Shown here one piece after another: positions 21,127 to 30,504 of a stretch of 64,000 nucleotides of DNA (its first letter is position 1; each line of letters opens with the position of its first letter). A program made the translations under genes and the position numbers. The DNA is from a bacterium. GTDB taxonomy: Bacteria; JAAXHH01. The notes below the pieces were generated by a model. That model did no database searches and had not been told where the DNA came from. It worked only from the letters and a program-made list of their open reading frames with translations. The stretch is from assembly GCA_963693015.1 (NCBI GenBank), contig OY843748.1, forward strand, positions 1,024,395 through 1,088,394, written 5' to 3'.

Positions 21127-21978
21127 ATGAGCAAACCCGACGACCTGGACGTCTATCTGTTCGACCTGCAGGGCTTCATCCGCCTGGAGCAGGCGCTGAC
21201 CAAAGCGGAAGTAGCGGAACTGAACGCCTGCCTGGACGAGATCCCGCCTCTTTCACCGGGCGATTGGCACGGCTACGTCCACGCCCATACCTACGGCACC
21301 GTGGACGGCCTGAACCTGCAGCAGATCTACGAGGCGGGCGCGCCTTTCGAAGCCCTGATAGACCATCCATCCTGGATCGACAGGCTCAAGCACTTCGTGG
21401 GCGGGGAGGGCACCTTCGACTATGCCCACGGCCCCCTGTTCATCGACGAGAACTTTGCCAATTTCCGGGAACCGGGCGAGGCGATCGGGCTGCATTCCGG
21501 GGGATTCCCGCCCATCATGCGCAACGGATTCCGCTATCACGGCGGCCGGTTCATGTGCGGTCAGATCAACGTGCTGATCGCCCTGACCGACATCGGACCC
21601 GGGGACGGCGCCACCATGGTCATCCCCGGCAGCCACAAGTCCAACTTCAGCCATCCGGACTTCGCCCGGCACGCCATGAAGCCGAAAGGCGCTTCCGTGG
21701 AGGGGATCACCGCTTCGATGGAACTGCTCATGGAAGCCGGGGACGCCCTGCTGTTCGTGGACGGCATCTCCCACGGATCGGCCATGCGGCGTAACGCGGG
21801 CACGCGGCGCATCGTGGTCTACCGGTACGGTCCCTCCTGGGGCAACTTCCGCCACGGGTACCGGCCGTCCCCCGAACTGCTGGAACGCCTGACGCCCGAA
21901 CGGCGCCGGATCGTCTGGCCGCAGCACGACTCGCCTGAAGGCGCCCCTTACCACCAGCCGGGTCAGGGCGGAAAGTGA
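21127..21978 (+). CDS. Phytanoyl-CoA dioxygenase (PhyH) family oxygenase
   Basis: Start MSKPDDLDVYLFDLQGFIRLEQ at 21127. HSGGFPP and GATMVIPGSHKSNFSHPD are PhyH-like. The track start at 20998 lies in AT-rich, promoter-like sequence and is rejected. The 3' end overlaps the convergent sulfatase gene by 16 nt. Confidence 0.75.
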   Translation: MSKPDDLDVYLFDLQGFIRLEQALTKAEVAELNACLDEIPPLSPGDWHGYVHAHTYGTVDGLNLQQIYEAGAPFEALIDHPSWIDRLKHFVGGEGTFDYAHGPLFIDENFANFREPGEAIGLHSGGFPPIMRNGFRYHGGRFMCGQINVLIALTDIGPGDGATMVIPGSHKSNFSHPDFARHAMKPKGASVEGITASMELLMEAGDALLFVDGISHGSAMRRNAGTRRIVVYRYGPSWGNFRHGYRPSPELLERLTPERRRIVWPQHDSPEGAPYHQPGQGGK

Positions 21979-23324
21979 AACCGCCAGCGCAGCCGCCTCC
22001 GCAGCGTCTGCACGACATCCGGCCGTTCGTTGGCCACGTTTTCCTGCTCGTCCGGATCGTCTTCCAGGTCGTATAGTTCCGTCTCGCCCGTGTGGTGCGC
22101 GACCAGCTTGTGTTTCGCCGTGCGTACCAGCCTGAACTCCCGCAGCGCACTCGCCGCTTCCTCGCGATGGGTCGACCGTTCACCGGTCAGCACGGCGCGG
22201 AAGTCCATCGCGTCAATACCCTCCTGGGCGGGCAGCCCCGCGAGGGCGCACAGGGTCGGATTGACGTCGATCAGTTCCACGAGGGCGTCGCAGGCCCGTC
22301 CCCCCGGTATGCCTGGTCCGGCGGCGATGAGCGGCACGCGCAGGGCCGCCTCGTAGGGCACGGACTTCGTATACAGGCCGTGGTCGCCCAGCATTTCGCC
22401 GTGGTCGCTGGCGAAGACGACGATGGTGTCCTCCGCCATGCCCCTGCGTTCCACGGCCTCGATGATCCGTCCCACCTGATCGTCGATCAGTTCGATGGCC
22501 GCGCAGTACTGCCGGCGGGTAACGGCGATTTCGTCGTCGGACAGGTCGCGCCGCCGGGCGTTGACCCATTCGGGCTTCCCATCGCCCGTTGCAGGCACGG
22601 CCGGCGGCATGGCCGCGTCCCGGTACCGGTCGGCGTATGCGGCAGGCGGATCGAAGGGGTCGTGGGGGCCCACGAAGCTCACGAAGAGATGCCACGGGTA
22701 GTCGTCGGGCACGGCGTCGATCCATTCCACGGCGCGGCGGCCGATGTAGACGTCCTCGAAGGCCTCGGCAGGCAGCACCGAGTCGTGGGACGCGCCTGCG
22801 ATCCAGCCCCGTGCCCCGCGGTCCGCGTAATCCGCCCGGAAGCGTTCGAAGAGTCCCTGCTCCTCCAGCCAGAATCCGTAGGGGCCTCTCGGTTCGTCGG
22901 CCATGCCCGCGTGCATCTTGCCCTCGCATTCCACGGGATGGGTGAATCCCCAGCCGAATACCCGCGGCCGGTCGCCGCGGCGTCCGTTGTAGGGGTCGGG
23001 CTTGGCCAGATCCAGCTTCCCCACGCACCCGACCCGGTAGCCCGCGTCCCGCAGGCGGACATAATAGGGCGTGATATGGCGGGGCAGGTAGCAGTTGTTG
23101 TCCAGGCAACCAAGCCGCGCTGGCTGGTACCCGCTGGCCAGGCCGATGCGGGCCGGGGCGCAGACCGGCGCGTTCGTGGTGCACTGCGTAAAGCGGATTC
23201 CGCGGTCCGCCAGCCGGTCCAGGTTCGGCGTGCGTACGAAGGACGCCCCCGCGGCCGACAGGTAGTCGTGGCGGTGCTGGTCGTCCATGATGAAGAGGAG
23301 GTTGGGGCGTGTGGTACTGGCCAT
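21963..23324 (-). CDS. Sulfatase (S1 family) without signal peptide
   Basis: 453 aa. MASTTRPNLLFIMDDQHRHD at the N-terminus. Formylglycine motif CAPARIGLASG. No leader peptide. Confidence 0.85.
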   Translation of the reverse strand: MASTTRPNLLFIMDDQHRHDYLSAAGASFVRTPNLDRLADRGIRFTQCTTNAPVCAPARIGLASGYQPARLGCLDNNCYLPRHITPYYVRLRDAGYRVGCVGKLDLAKPDPYNGRRGDRPRVFGWGFTHPVECEGKMHAGMADEPRGPYGFWLEEQGLFERFRADYADRGARGWIAGASHDSVLPAEAFEDVYIGRRAVEWIDAVPDDYPWHLFVSFVGPHDPFDPPAAYADRYRDAAMPPAVPATGDGKPEWVNARRRDLSDDEIAVTRRQYCAAIELIDDQVGRIIEAVERRGMAEDTIVVFASDHGEMLGDHGLYTKSVPYEAALRVPLIAAGPGIPGGRACDALVELIDVNPTLCALAGLPAQEGIDAMDFRAVLTGERSTHREEAASALREFRLVRTAKHKLVAHHTGETELYDLEDDPDEQENVANERPDVVQTLRRRLRWRFHFPP

Positions 23325-23398
23325 GATGGCGTCTCGCTTCTGTCCCGGTTGATCCCGATCGCCATTCAGACGCTATCGGAGGTTTTTGAGGTCATGCC

Positions 23399-25381
23399 TC
23401 AGTTAATAAACGATTCGAACCTGTGGGGCGTCGCCGGAAACCACAGGCTGTCCGCCAGGTACGACAGCGCCATCCCGAGGACGTACCCCACCAGGACGCC
23501 GAGGAAGAGGGGCTGCGCCTTGCGGTAGAGCGCTCCGCCGCCCAGCCGAAGCAGGACCACCTGGATGATCCAGGCCAGCAGAAAGGGCAGGAACATGAAC
23601 CGCACGGTGTCCGCGGCCACGGCGACCAGGCCGATGGGATGCAGCGGCCACCAGAGGAACAGGTACCGCGCGAGAATCATCAGCATGTACAGGGCGACCC
23701 CGTTGCCGAAGAAGACCAGTTCCAGGTCCGATACGCTGCTCGCGCTGCTGTTCCACGTCATGATCGTGTTGTAGAAGAAGGGCACCAAGTCCCCGGGCTT
23801 GGAAAGGAGATTGTCGGCACCCACGGCATAGCCCGCGCTGATATAGTAGTAGAGGGAGGCGACCACGCTGGCGGCGAAGGCCAGGCAGATCCACAGAAAC
23901 AGGTGCCGGGTGGCCGGCCGCATCCAGCGCCGAAGATACGCGGTATGGGACAGCCCGATCATCGTGAAAGTCCGCCAGTTCCGGGCGAAAGCGTTCGTCA
24001 TGCCCAGCGCGGTGATGGTGGACGGGTTCATGTTTTCGGGACCGATGATGCCCCCGGTGAAGATGTTGGGGTTGACCGGCAGGTCCATGGCGACGAGCCC
24101 CGCCTCGGCGACGATGCGGGCCATGCCGAGATAGACGGTGAAGAGGACGGCCAGGATGACCACGCTGACCGGCAGCGACATGCCGATGCTGTAGAGCCAC
24201 GCCAGCAGGTAGAGCATGCCGACGATAAACCCGAAGACCGCGACGCGGTAGGAGAAGAACTCCTCCCCGTCATCGACCGACGGATCCCGCCGGAACGCCC
24301 TTCGCGCCACCGCCGCGAGGTGACGGCGGGCCATCCAGAGGCCCCAGGCCACCAGGGCGATCAGGGCGCCGATGGACTGCGTCCCCACCAGCCCGGTGGG
24401 CGACATGGTCGTCGCCGCCGAGATGCCGACCATGTTCAGCACACCGCGCTGCAGCGTGGTGAACAACAGGAAGAAGCACAGGCTGAAGAGGATCTCGGCA
24501 TTGATGAAGAAGGCGAAGCAGAGTACGAAGACGTTCAGTCTGATGGGAAGATCGGGGATGGAAGGGTGGACTTTGATGTACGCAAGATCGGGTCCCATGA
24601 TGGGTATGGGCGTTACGATGTCCCAGTAGGAAACGATATTCCATAGCACGGCCGCGAGCGACAGGCCCAGGCCGATCCGGAAGGCGGTCGTGCGGACCAT
24701 GGGCGGCTCGTCCTCGTCCTTCCGCACCCCCATCAGGTTGAGCGCCACCTCGCCCAGGGGAAACCGCAGCCGCTCGTGGCTGACCCACTGCTTCCGCAGG
24801 ATGACCACGATGCAGGCGCCGGTCCACATCAGGGCGGCGAAACACGACATCCACCAGAGCAGGGGCGAGATCCAGGCCATCCACGGGATCTGGTAACCCG
24901 GCGCGGCGCCCTCGTAGAAAACCCGCACCGCGTCGGTCTTGCCGCTGATCACCAGCCAGGCGGGCAGGGTGTCGAAGAACGTTTCCGCCCAGCGGTTTTC
25001 GGGACTGGCGTGGTAGAAGGGACCGGTGATGATGGACACCAGGTACCGCGTCATGCCCCAGTCGGGCACCATGGAGCCGATCAGGCCCATGGCGAAAATG
25101 ACGACCAGTTCGGAGGTCGCCAGGGCGTACCTGGGCGCGAGCGTCTTGAGCAGGACGTGGGGTCCCAGGATCAGCAGGAGGAAGGGAATGAGCAGTGCCG
25201 AGGGGAGATGGGCGTAGGTTACGTAGTTGTAGCCCGCGTGGTCGGCGGAGAATTGTCCCCACACGGCCACAACGACGGAAAGGGCGAGACCGATGACTCC
25301 CGCGCGCAGGGTTACGGCCGAGGAACCACGGGATCGCGATGTCTCTGGAGGCATGGCTTTCGCCTGTTCCGGGTTAGACAC
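23399..25381 (-). CDS. Polytopic membrane protein (660 aa), paralog of 17438..19432; putative transporter
   Basis: Same architecture and conserved blocks as the 17438 gene. Its start lies 6 nt downstream of the PhyH gene stop (25388), suggesting a PhyH-transporter-sulfatase operon on the minus strand. Confidence 0.75.
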   Translation of the reverse strand: MSNPEQAKAMPPETSRSRGSSAVTLRAGVIGLALSVVVAVWGQFSADHAGYNYVTYAHLPSALLIPFLLLILGPHVLLKTLAPRYALATSELVVIFAMGLIGSMVPDWGMTRYLVSIITGPFYHASPENRWAETFFDTLPAWLVISGKTDAVRVFYEGAAPGYQIPWMAWISPLLWWMSCFAALMWTGACIVVILRKQWVSHERLRFPLGEVALNLMGVRKDEDEPPMVRTTAFRIGLGLSLAAVLWNIVSYWDIVTPIPIMGPDLAYIKVHPSIPDLPIRLNVFVLCFAFFINAEILFSLCFFLLFTTLQRGVLNMVGISAATTMSPTGLVGTQSIGALIALVAWGLWMARRHLAAVARRAFRRDPSVDDGEEFFSYRVAVFGFIVGMLYLLAWLYSIGMSLPVSVVILAVLFTVYLGMARIVAEAGLVAMDLPVNPNIFTGGIIGPENMNPSTITALGMTNAFARNWRTFTMIGLSHTAYLRRWMRPATRHLFLWICLAFAASVVASLYYYISAGYAVGADNLLSKPGDLVPFFYNTIMTWNSSASSVSDLELVFFGNGVALYMLMILARYLFLWWPLHPIGLVAVAADTVRFMFLPFLLAWIIQVVLLRLGGGALYRKAQPLFLGVLVGYVLGMALSYLADSLWFPATPHRFESFIN

Positions 25382-25387
25382 GGGCGG

Positions 25388-26215
25388 CTACTCGATCCAG
25401 GGATCCAGGCGGAACAGTTTGCGTCCAAGGGGGGTGAGTGCGGCCAGGGCCTCCGGACTCAAGGGCCGGTCGGGGCCGGGCGCCAGCCGGGCCTCTTGTT
25501 CGGACAGGGGCTGCAGGCGGGTAAACTGGGCGATCCTCGGCGAAGCGTTGTGATTGGCGCTGGCGGAGTGGGGCATCAGGTGATGCATGAGCACGTAGTC
25601 GCCTGCGTCGCCCGTGACCTCCATGGACGACGGAAAATCGACGATTTTCCCCCAGCCGTCGTTGCGGGTCAGGCCGTCCGGTTCGTTGAGCATGATCTCC
25701 CGCACCCGGTTCGGCGCGCCGGGCACCACGTGGATGCCGCCGCCGTTTTCCTCCACCCTGTTCAGGTAATAGCATCCGCCGATGCCGATTCCCGTGCGCA
25801 GGAAACCCTCATTCAATTCCTCGGGACCTTTCGGCACGGCGTCGAGGTGGAGGTTCTGGAGCCGCCCCTCCATGGCGCGGTTCCGGAGGGTGATCCCCGC
25901 CGAGCCGTCCCACACCTGGATGTATTCGGTCCCCAGGATGTCCACGGCGGCGCCGTACAGTCCCTCGTTTTGCAGCAGCGGCAGCATCGCGGGTTCGAAA
26001 AAGCTGCCGTTCCCATCGGGATGATGGGGCTTGAACCGGCCGTGGTTCGCGTGATAGTGGTCCGGGATGACCAGGTCCCGCGGGATCAGGTCCAGCAGGA
26101 ACGCGCGGGCCCGGTTGACGACTTGGTCCTCCAGCGTCCCCTTCAGGACGATGTAGCCATCGGACCAGAATCGCGCCAGTTGCTCGGCGGTGAGGTAGCG
26201 GGGGTGGGTGGGCAT
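25388..26215 (-). CDS. Phytanoyl-CoA dioxygenase (PhyH) family oxygenase
   Basis: 275 aa. MPTHPRYLTAEQLARFWSDGYIVLKG...HHLMPHSASANH, a PhyH-like N-terminus and His-rich C-terminal motif. Confidence 0.8.
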   Translation of the reverse strand: MPTHPRYLTAEQLARFWSDGYIVLKGTLEDQVVNRARAFLLDLIPRDLVIPDHYHANHGRFKPHHPDGNGSFFEPAMLPLLQNEGLYGAAVDILGTEYIQVWDGSAGITLRNRAMEGRLQNLHLDAVPKGPEELNEGFLRTGIGIGGCYYLNRVEENGGGIHVVPGAPNRVREIMLNEPDGLTRNDGWGKIVDFPSSMEVTGDAGDYVLMHHLMPHSASANHNASPRIAQFTRLQPLSEQEARLAPGPDRPLSPEALAALTPLGRKLFRLDPWIE

Positions 26216-26264
26216 GAAAGAATGATAGCTCAGTTTGGAATTCAGATTACGTTCGATTTAGGGA

Positions 26265-26723
26265 TCACGGGCAGGTGTCCGGCCTTAACAGAGCTCTGTG
26301 GCTTCTGGTCTGATACACCCTCCCTCCGACAACTGATTTGAAGTCCGCATGCAGGTCAGTATCACCTGAAACCAACAGTTTAACTCCCGCTACACGAGCC
26401 AGCGCGATTATATCTGGGTCATCAGACTGCAACACTGGCAACGTGTTTTTGACCGTTTCAACGTCTTGCGCCGGATATTGCCTAAGACTATTGCTTTCGC
26501 GGTATCGGTCGAACTGCTGTCTCATCTTTTCGTGTCTGTCTAACTCCTGCTTCAGTTTCTCTGTTGGCGAATAAACCATTTTCCCCTTGCTTCTCATCCA
26601 CCTTCTAACCGGTTCCATATCTATGTTGTCGGGATTTACGTAGTCACTAAACTTATTGGCATCCAATATCAGACACATGTCTCCACTTTCATTTGGATAA
26701 GCCGAGCAGCTTATCCGATTCAT
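26265..26723 (-). CDS. Small PIN-like (DUF4411-like) protein, second gene of the low-GC ATPase module
   Basis: An internal start MCLILDANKF at 26678 sits 10 nt after the ATPase stop, behind AAGTGGAGA. LILDAN...DDPDIIALARVAGVKLLVSGDTDL shows a PIN-like pattern of conserved acidic residues. GC is clearly below that of flanking genes. Confidence 0.5.
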   Translation of the reverse strand: MNRISCSAYPNESGDMCLILDANKFSDYVNPDNIDMEPVRRWMRSKGKMVYSPTEKLKQELDRHEKMRQQFDRYRESNSLRQYPAQDVETVKNTLPVLQSDDPDIIALARVAGVKLLVSGDTDLHADFKSVVGGRVYQTRSHRALLRPDTCP

Positions 26724-28062
26724 CGATGAAGAAATCTCTGTAGCCTCGCGGAACGCCCAGCAGATTCGCCTGTTCGTCGAATCGAATGTTATGGACTTTT
26801 ACGTGGTTTCCAACAGGTTCCAGGTATATGAGTGATACATCCTCCGGTGCGATTCCTCCATTCATAATCTCAATTCGAGCTCTGTTTATCATAGCGTCGC
26901 TATGTGTCTCAATTACATACTTATGTTTCTCTCGTTTGATGGTTTCAATCAGCAACGAAGACAGCTCAGCCTGACCTTTGGGATGCAAATGGACCTCTGG
27001 TTGTTGCATCAGGAAGATCGCTCTTCGCCGCCCGTCTAGAATACGAACCAAGATGGGAAGTATCTGGTTTACACCGTATCCTACGTCAATCAGGTTCGCC
27101 TTGGGACCCTTGACCTTTACTTGCAACTGGAACGGATCCCCCGACGACCTTCCTAGCCTCCTTACATAAATATCAGTAAACAAGCCGGAAAACCTGCCAA
27201 ATTCGATCAGTCGATCTCGTAGTTTCTCCCAACTTTTCTTATCAGTCCTCGATATATTCATGAGAACCATAGGAATATCACTTCCTTCGGGACTGACGTC
27301 CTCCCTTAAAGGATTATAGGTACGTTGTGGACTAGACCGGATCGGTGCAAAACTATACATCTCAGGCTGACCGAATCCCGCGTTCTCGTAAAGGTGGTCC
27401 CATTCTTGGTCAAAGTGTTTCATCGTGTTTTTTTTGAATTCTTTAAATGCTTTCACCTCTTTGGGAATCGACTTCTTAGAGGCACCGAAAACTATGAGCG
27501 TATCATCGATAGTCGATCTCGGAAACATTTCCAACAGTGTTGAGTCGAACCATGACGCTTCTGACACTCTTAGTTTGAATTTCCCGGATTCCGCGCCTTC
27601 GATGTAATCAACTATTTCAACACCATGGAACAACTCCGGCTGTTTTTGTCGGACGATTTTCTGATCATTCCAGACAAAAAGGGCTTCGCCATAATCTGAT
27701 ACGATCTTCTGCTCCCTTAGAACGGGCTCGGAACCTCTCTCTTTCGCAGCCAATGTCAATGAATACTCGATTGATTCACTGTCTGCATCGGCTTGTAACT
27801 CACAGCCAATCAGAAAACGATCCAGCTTGGGATTTGATCTCCTTACAATTTCGGAAAACGCACCCATCTGGTAAGGGTTTACGTTGAAATCCAATCCAGA
27901 GCGCCTTCCGCAGATGAAATCATGTGCCGTATGCAAACAGCCCAGCGCAGTGGTCTTGCCCGTGCTGTTCTCACCCACCAGGAACGTAAGCGGCCGGATT
28001 TCAAATACTTGCCTGCCGGCGAAACATCGAACGTCTTCCAGGATAAGTTTGCGTACGTCCAT
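26689..28062 (-). CDS. AAA_21/AAA_15-type ABC-like ATPase (OLD/AbiL-type N-terminal ATPase fold) with a C-terminal extension
   Basis: 457 aa. Walker A FLVGENSTGKTTALG near the N-terminus. Distal Walker B and H-loop block IFLMQQPEVHLHP...VIETHSD. Low GC. Confidence 0.75.
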   Translation of the reverse strand: MDVRKLILEDVRCFAGRQVFEIRPLTFLVGENSTGKTTALGCLHTAHDFICGRRSGLDFNVNPYQMGAFSEIVRRSNPKLDRFLIGCELQADADSESIEYSLTLAAKERGSEPVLREQKIVSDYGEALFVWNDQKIVRQKQPELFHGVEIVDYIEGAESGKFKLRVSEASWFDSTLLEMFPRSTIDDTLIVFGASKKSIPKEVKAFKEFKKNTMKHFDQEWDHLYENAGFGQPEMYSFAPIRSSPQRTYNPLREDVSPEGSDIPMVLMNISRTDKKSWEKLRDRLIEFGRFSGLFTDIYVRRLGRSSGDPFQLQVKVKGPKANLIDVGYGVNQILPILVRILDGRRRAIFLMQQPEVHLHPKGQAELSSLLIETIKREKHKYVIETHSDAMINRARIEIMNGGIAPEDVSLIYLEPVGNHVKVHNIRFDEQANLLGVPRGYRDFFIDESDKLLGLSK

Positions 28063-28115
28063 TTACCTGACTCCGCGGTTTGCTAATGGGGCGACCGCCG
28101 TTTCGGTTCTCCCCT

Positions 28116-28865
28116 TCACACCGCCCAGTACTTCCAGAGGTCCTCTGGAATCTCGTATCGGAAGGACTGCTCCAGGTGTCGTTCGTGGTTCCAGCGGGCG
28201 AAGAGGGCGAAGCGCGGCGAATGGCTGGTGTTTTCGGATCCATTGTGGGTCAGGTAGGAATGCCAGAGCACCACGTCGCCGGCCTTGGCAGCGAATTCCC
28301 TGCCGCCGGTGGTCGGGTTGTCGCAGAACACGTCCCAAGAGAAGCCCTCAATCTCAAGGAAACTGCCGTCCACATGGGACGGATGCTCAAGAAAATACCG
28401 GTGGGCGGCGTGGTGGCTTCCGGGCCAGTAGATCAAGGCGCCGCCGCCGGGTTCCACGTCGTACAGGTAGGCCGTCGCGCCGATCATGAAGGGCAGCCAG
28501 CGTCCCCCGTAGGCGTCGATATGGCCTGTTTTCGGCATTTCCCACGACTTCCCGGGCTCGGGCCAGCGTATGATGGGAATGCCGTCACCCGCGACAAATG
28601 TGCCGCCGCTGAGCTGGTCGATGATCGCCATCATCCGCGGATGGTGCACGAGCGCCGATTCCGGTGGGTCGTATTCGTACCCGTCGAGGCCGCTCGTCTC
28701 CCTCGGCCAGGTCGCGGGGTCCTCCAGGGTGCCGTCAAGCGCCCGCCAGATCTGACGCCGCCATCCCTTGAGGGTTTCTTCGTCGAACACGTCCTTCAAA
28801 ACCAGGTAGCCGTTCAGCTTGAAGTGGGCGATCTGCTGGGCGTTCAGGGGCTGTGAAGCGGACAT
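28116..28865 (-). CDS. Phytanoyl-CoA dioxygenase (PhyH) family oxygenase
   Basis: 249 aa. QQIAHFKLNGYLVLKDVF...HHAAHRYF...LWHSYLTHNGSEN. Confidence 0.8.
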   Translation of the reverse strand: MSASQPLNAQQIAHFKLNGYLVLKDVFDEETLKGWRRQIWRALDGTLEDPATWPRETSGLDGYEYDPPESALVHHPRMMAIIDQLSGGTFVAGDGIPIIRWPEPGKSWEMPKTGHIDAYGGRWLPFMIGATAYLYDVEPGGGALIYWPGSHHAAHRYFLEHPSHVDGSFLEIEGFSWDVFCDNPTTGGREFAAKAGDVVLWHSYLTHNGSENTSHSPRFALFARWNHERHLEQSFRYEIPEDLWKYWAV

Positions 28866-29124
28866 TTGTGTTCCTCAGAGGCGTATGAAATAGTTGCGAA
28901 GACCGTTAATCCATCCCGGATCAAGGCTGCTATCGGCCGGCGAAGATTGACTCTGCTTTAAGGTGTCTGAAGAACACGGACCGATCATGGATCAAAGATG
29001 AACTTAAGCGGCGTGGCACACCCTGTCAAGACCCGCGGCATTCGAGGCCGAGCCGTCCTGCAAAAGGACGGTTCGTTCCTGCTTGACACGATGCACGTAA
29101 CCCGTATACCATTGCAGAATGCCG

Positions 29125-29164
29125 GGCGCATGCAGAGCGCCAGGCGTATGCAGAGCGCCAGGCG
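29125..29164 (+). repeat. Two tandem copies of an approximately 20-nt unit (gcgcatgcagagcgccaggc / gtatgcagagcgccaggcgc) in a divergent intergenic region
   Basis: Direct reading. It lies in the 416-nt spacer between divergent genes (PhyH at 28865 on the minus strand and the hypothetical at 29281 on the plus strand). Confidence 0.5.
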
Positions 29165-29280
29165 CAACTCCGGTCATCAGTAATCAGTACTCTTTTCACA
29201 TTTCAACCGTTCAACCACATTGTCCGCGGCGACTGCGCGACAAAAGGACATCGCGCAAGCGGTAAAAGGGACCTGACGCA

Positions 29281-29643
29281 ATGCAATCGGAAATCAGGCA
29301 ATGGATCGCCGAGAGCCGCAAGAAACTGGAGGGGAAGGGACTGGACGACGGGGACCTGGACCGGTTGGAAACGCTCCTAGATGACGAGCCCCGGCCGAAG
29401 ATCATGTATCTGACCGCACGGTCGACCAATATGCGGTCCGGGATCGTCGGCTGGGTCGTGTTCGTCCCGGGCGAGAAGCCGCAGCTCAGGCTGCCGGGCG
29501 ACGAGCCGCCCTACGAATCGGTGCTGGAGGCCGTGGCCGACGGGTGGCGCGTGGTGCAGTACCCCATCCCCAAGCTCTACGAATACAAGGACCTTGAAAA
29601 CGATTACGTGGGTTTCGATTTCATACTCGAAAAGTGGAACTGA
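29281..29643 (+). CDS. Hypothetical small protein (120 aa)
   Basis: Host-like codon usage. Its stop TGA lies inside the GAGGAGG ribosome-binding site of the downstream PhyH gene, suggesting co-transcription. Confidence 0.5.
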   Translation: MQSEIRQWIAESRKKLEGKGLDDGDLDRLETLLDDEPRPKIMYLTARSTNMRSGIVGWVVFVPGEKPQLRLPGDEPPYESVLEAVADGWRVVQYPIPKLYEYKDLENDYVGFDFILEKWN

Positions 29644-29656
29644 GGAGGCGCTTAAG

Positions 29657-30460
29657 ATGGCTGAGATCAGACCGACGATGACCGATGACGACGTGATGGA
29701 TTTCGTGGCGAAGGGATACGCGGTGCTGGAAACCATGGTGGATCCCGATTTCAATGAGCGGTGCCGCAACCAGGAGCCAGGACGCGCGAAGGACCTGGTC
29801 GGTTCACCCGAATTCATCCGCGAGGTCCTGCTCCATCCCCGGCTGGCGGGCGTGATCCGTTCGCTGCTCGGCCCCAATTTCCTGATGCCGACGGGAGGCC
29901 ACCATCACCTGATAAGCGAGCCAGTGGCGGGACAGGACTGGCATTCGGACGGCATTTCCGGTCTCGGTTACGAGATCAACGAACTCCAGTGCTACTATTA
30001 TCCGCAGGACGTGAATATCGAAGACGGGCCGACCATGATCCTGCCTGGTTCCCATTGCCGGGCGGTCAACCGCGACGCCCTGGCCCACTACGGGGATCTC
30101 ATGGGCCAGCTTTCGCTTGTCGTAAAGGCCGGCACCGTGGCCATAACCCGGTACGGCATCTGGCACCGGGCCGGTCCGAAGCTCAATCACAAACCCCGCA
30201 GCATGATCAAGTTCTCCTACTTCCGCAACGAGGCGCCGCGGCGCGACTGGGTGATCGATTCGGAAGAAATCCCCGCGTACCGGGATCGTCCGGCCGCGCC
30301 TTACACGAGCGGGGTGGAATCCTACCGGGACCTGAGACGCCGCATCCACACGTGGAACTGGCTCTGCGGGCTCAGCGAGGAAGAATTCATGACCCACGAC
30401 CGGTGGCGACCGGCCTACGAGACCGGTACGCAGCCCGTCGAGGAAGTCGCCATTCAGTGA
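29657..30460 (+). CDS. Phytanoyl-CoA dioxygenase (PhyH) family oxygenase
   Basis: The start MAEIRPTMTDDDVMDFVAKGYAVLE at 29657 follows GAGGAGG at 9 nt spacing. HHLISEPVAGQDWHSDG is PhyH-like. The track start at 29594 overlaps the previous gene. Confidence 0.8.
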   Translation: MAEIRPTMTDDDVMDFVAKGYAVLETMVDPDFNERCRNQEPGRAKDLVGSPEFIREVLLHPRLAGVIRSLLGPNFLMPTGGHHHLISEPVAGQDWHSDGISGLGYEINELQCYYYPQDVNIEDGPTMILPGSHCRAVNRDALAHYGDLMGQLSLVVKAGTVAITRYGIWHRAGPKLNHKPRSMIKFSYFRNEAPRRDWVIDSEEIPAYRDRPAAPYTSGVESYRDLRRRIHTWNWLCGLSEEEFMTHDRWRPAYETGTQPVEEVAIQ

Positions 30461-30504
30461 TCGTATAGGCGCGCCCCGATGATGCCATCGAAGGGGAGAC
30501 TGGA

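Larger units (their letters stand above)
26265..28062 (-). other. Low-GC two-gene insertion (AAA_21-like ATPase + PIN-like protein) within a co-directional PhyH/transporter/sulfatase gene array
   Basis: By eye this interval is markedly more AT-rich than the rest of the window, for example tttttttgaattctttaaatgctttc. It is flanked on both sides by same-strand PhyH genes with spacers of about 50 nt. Confidence 0.5.
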
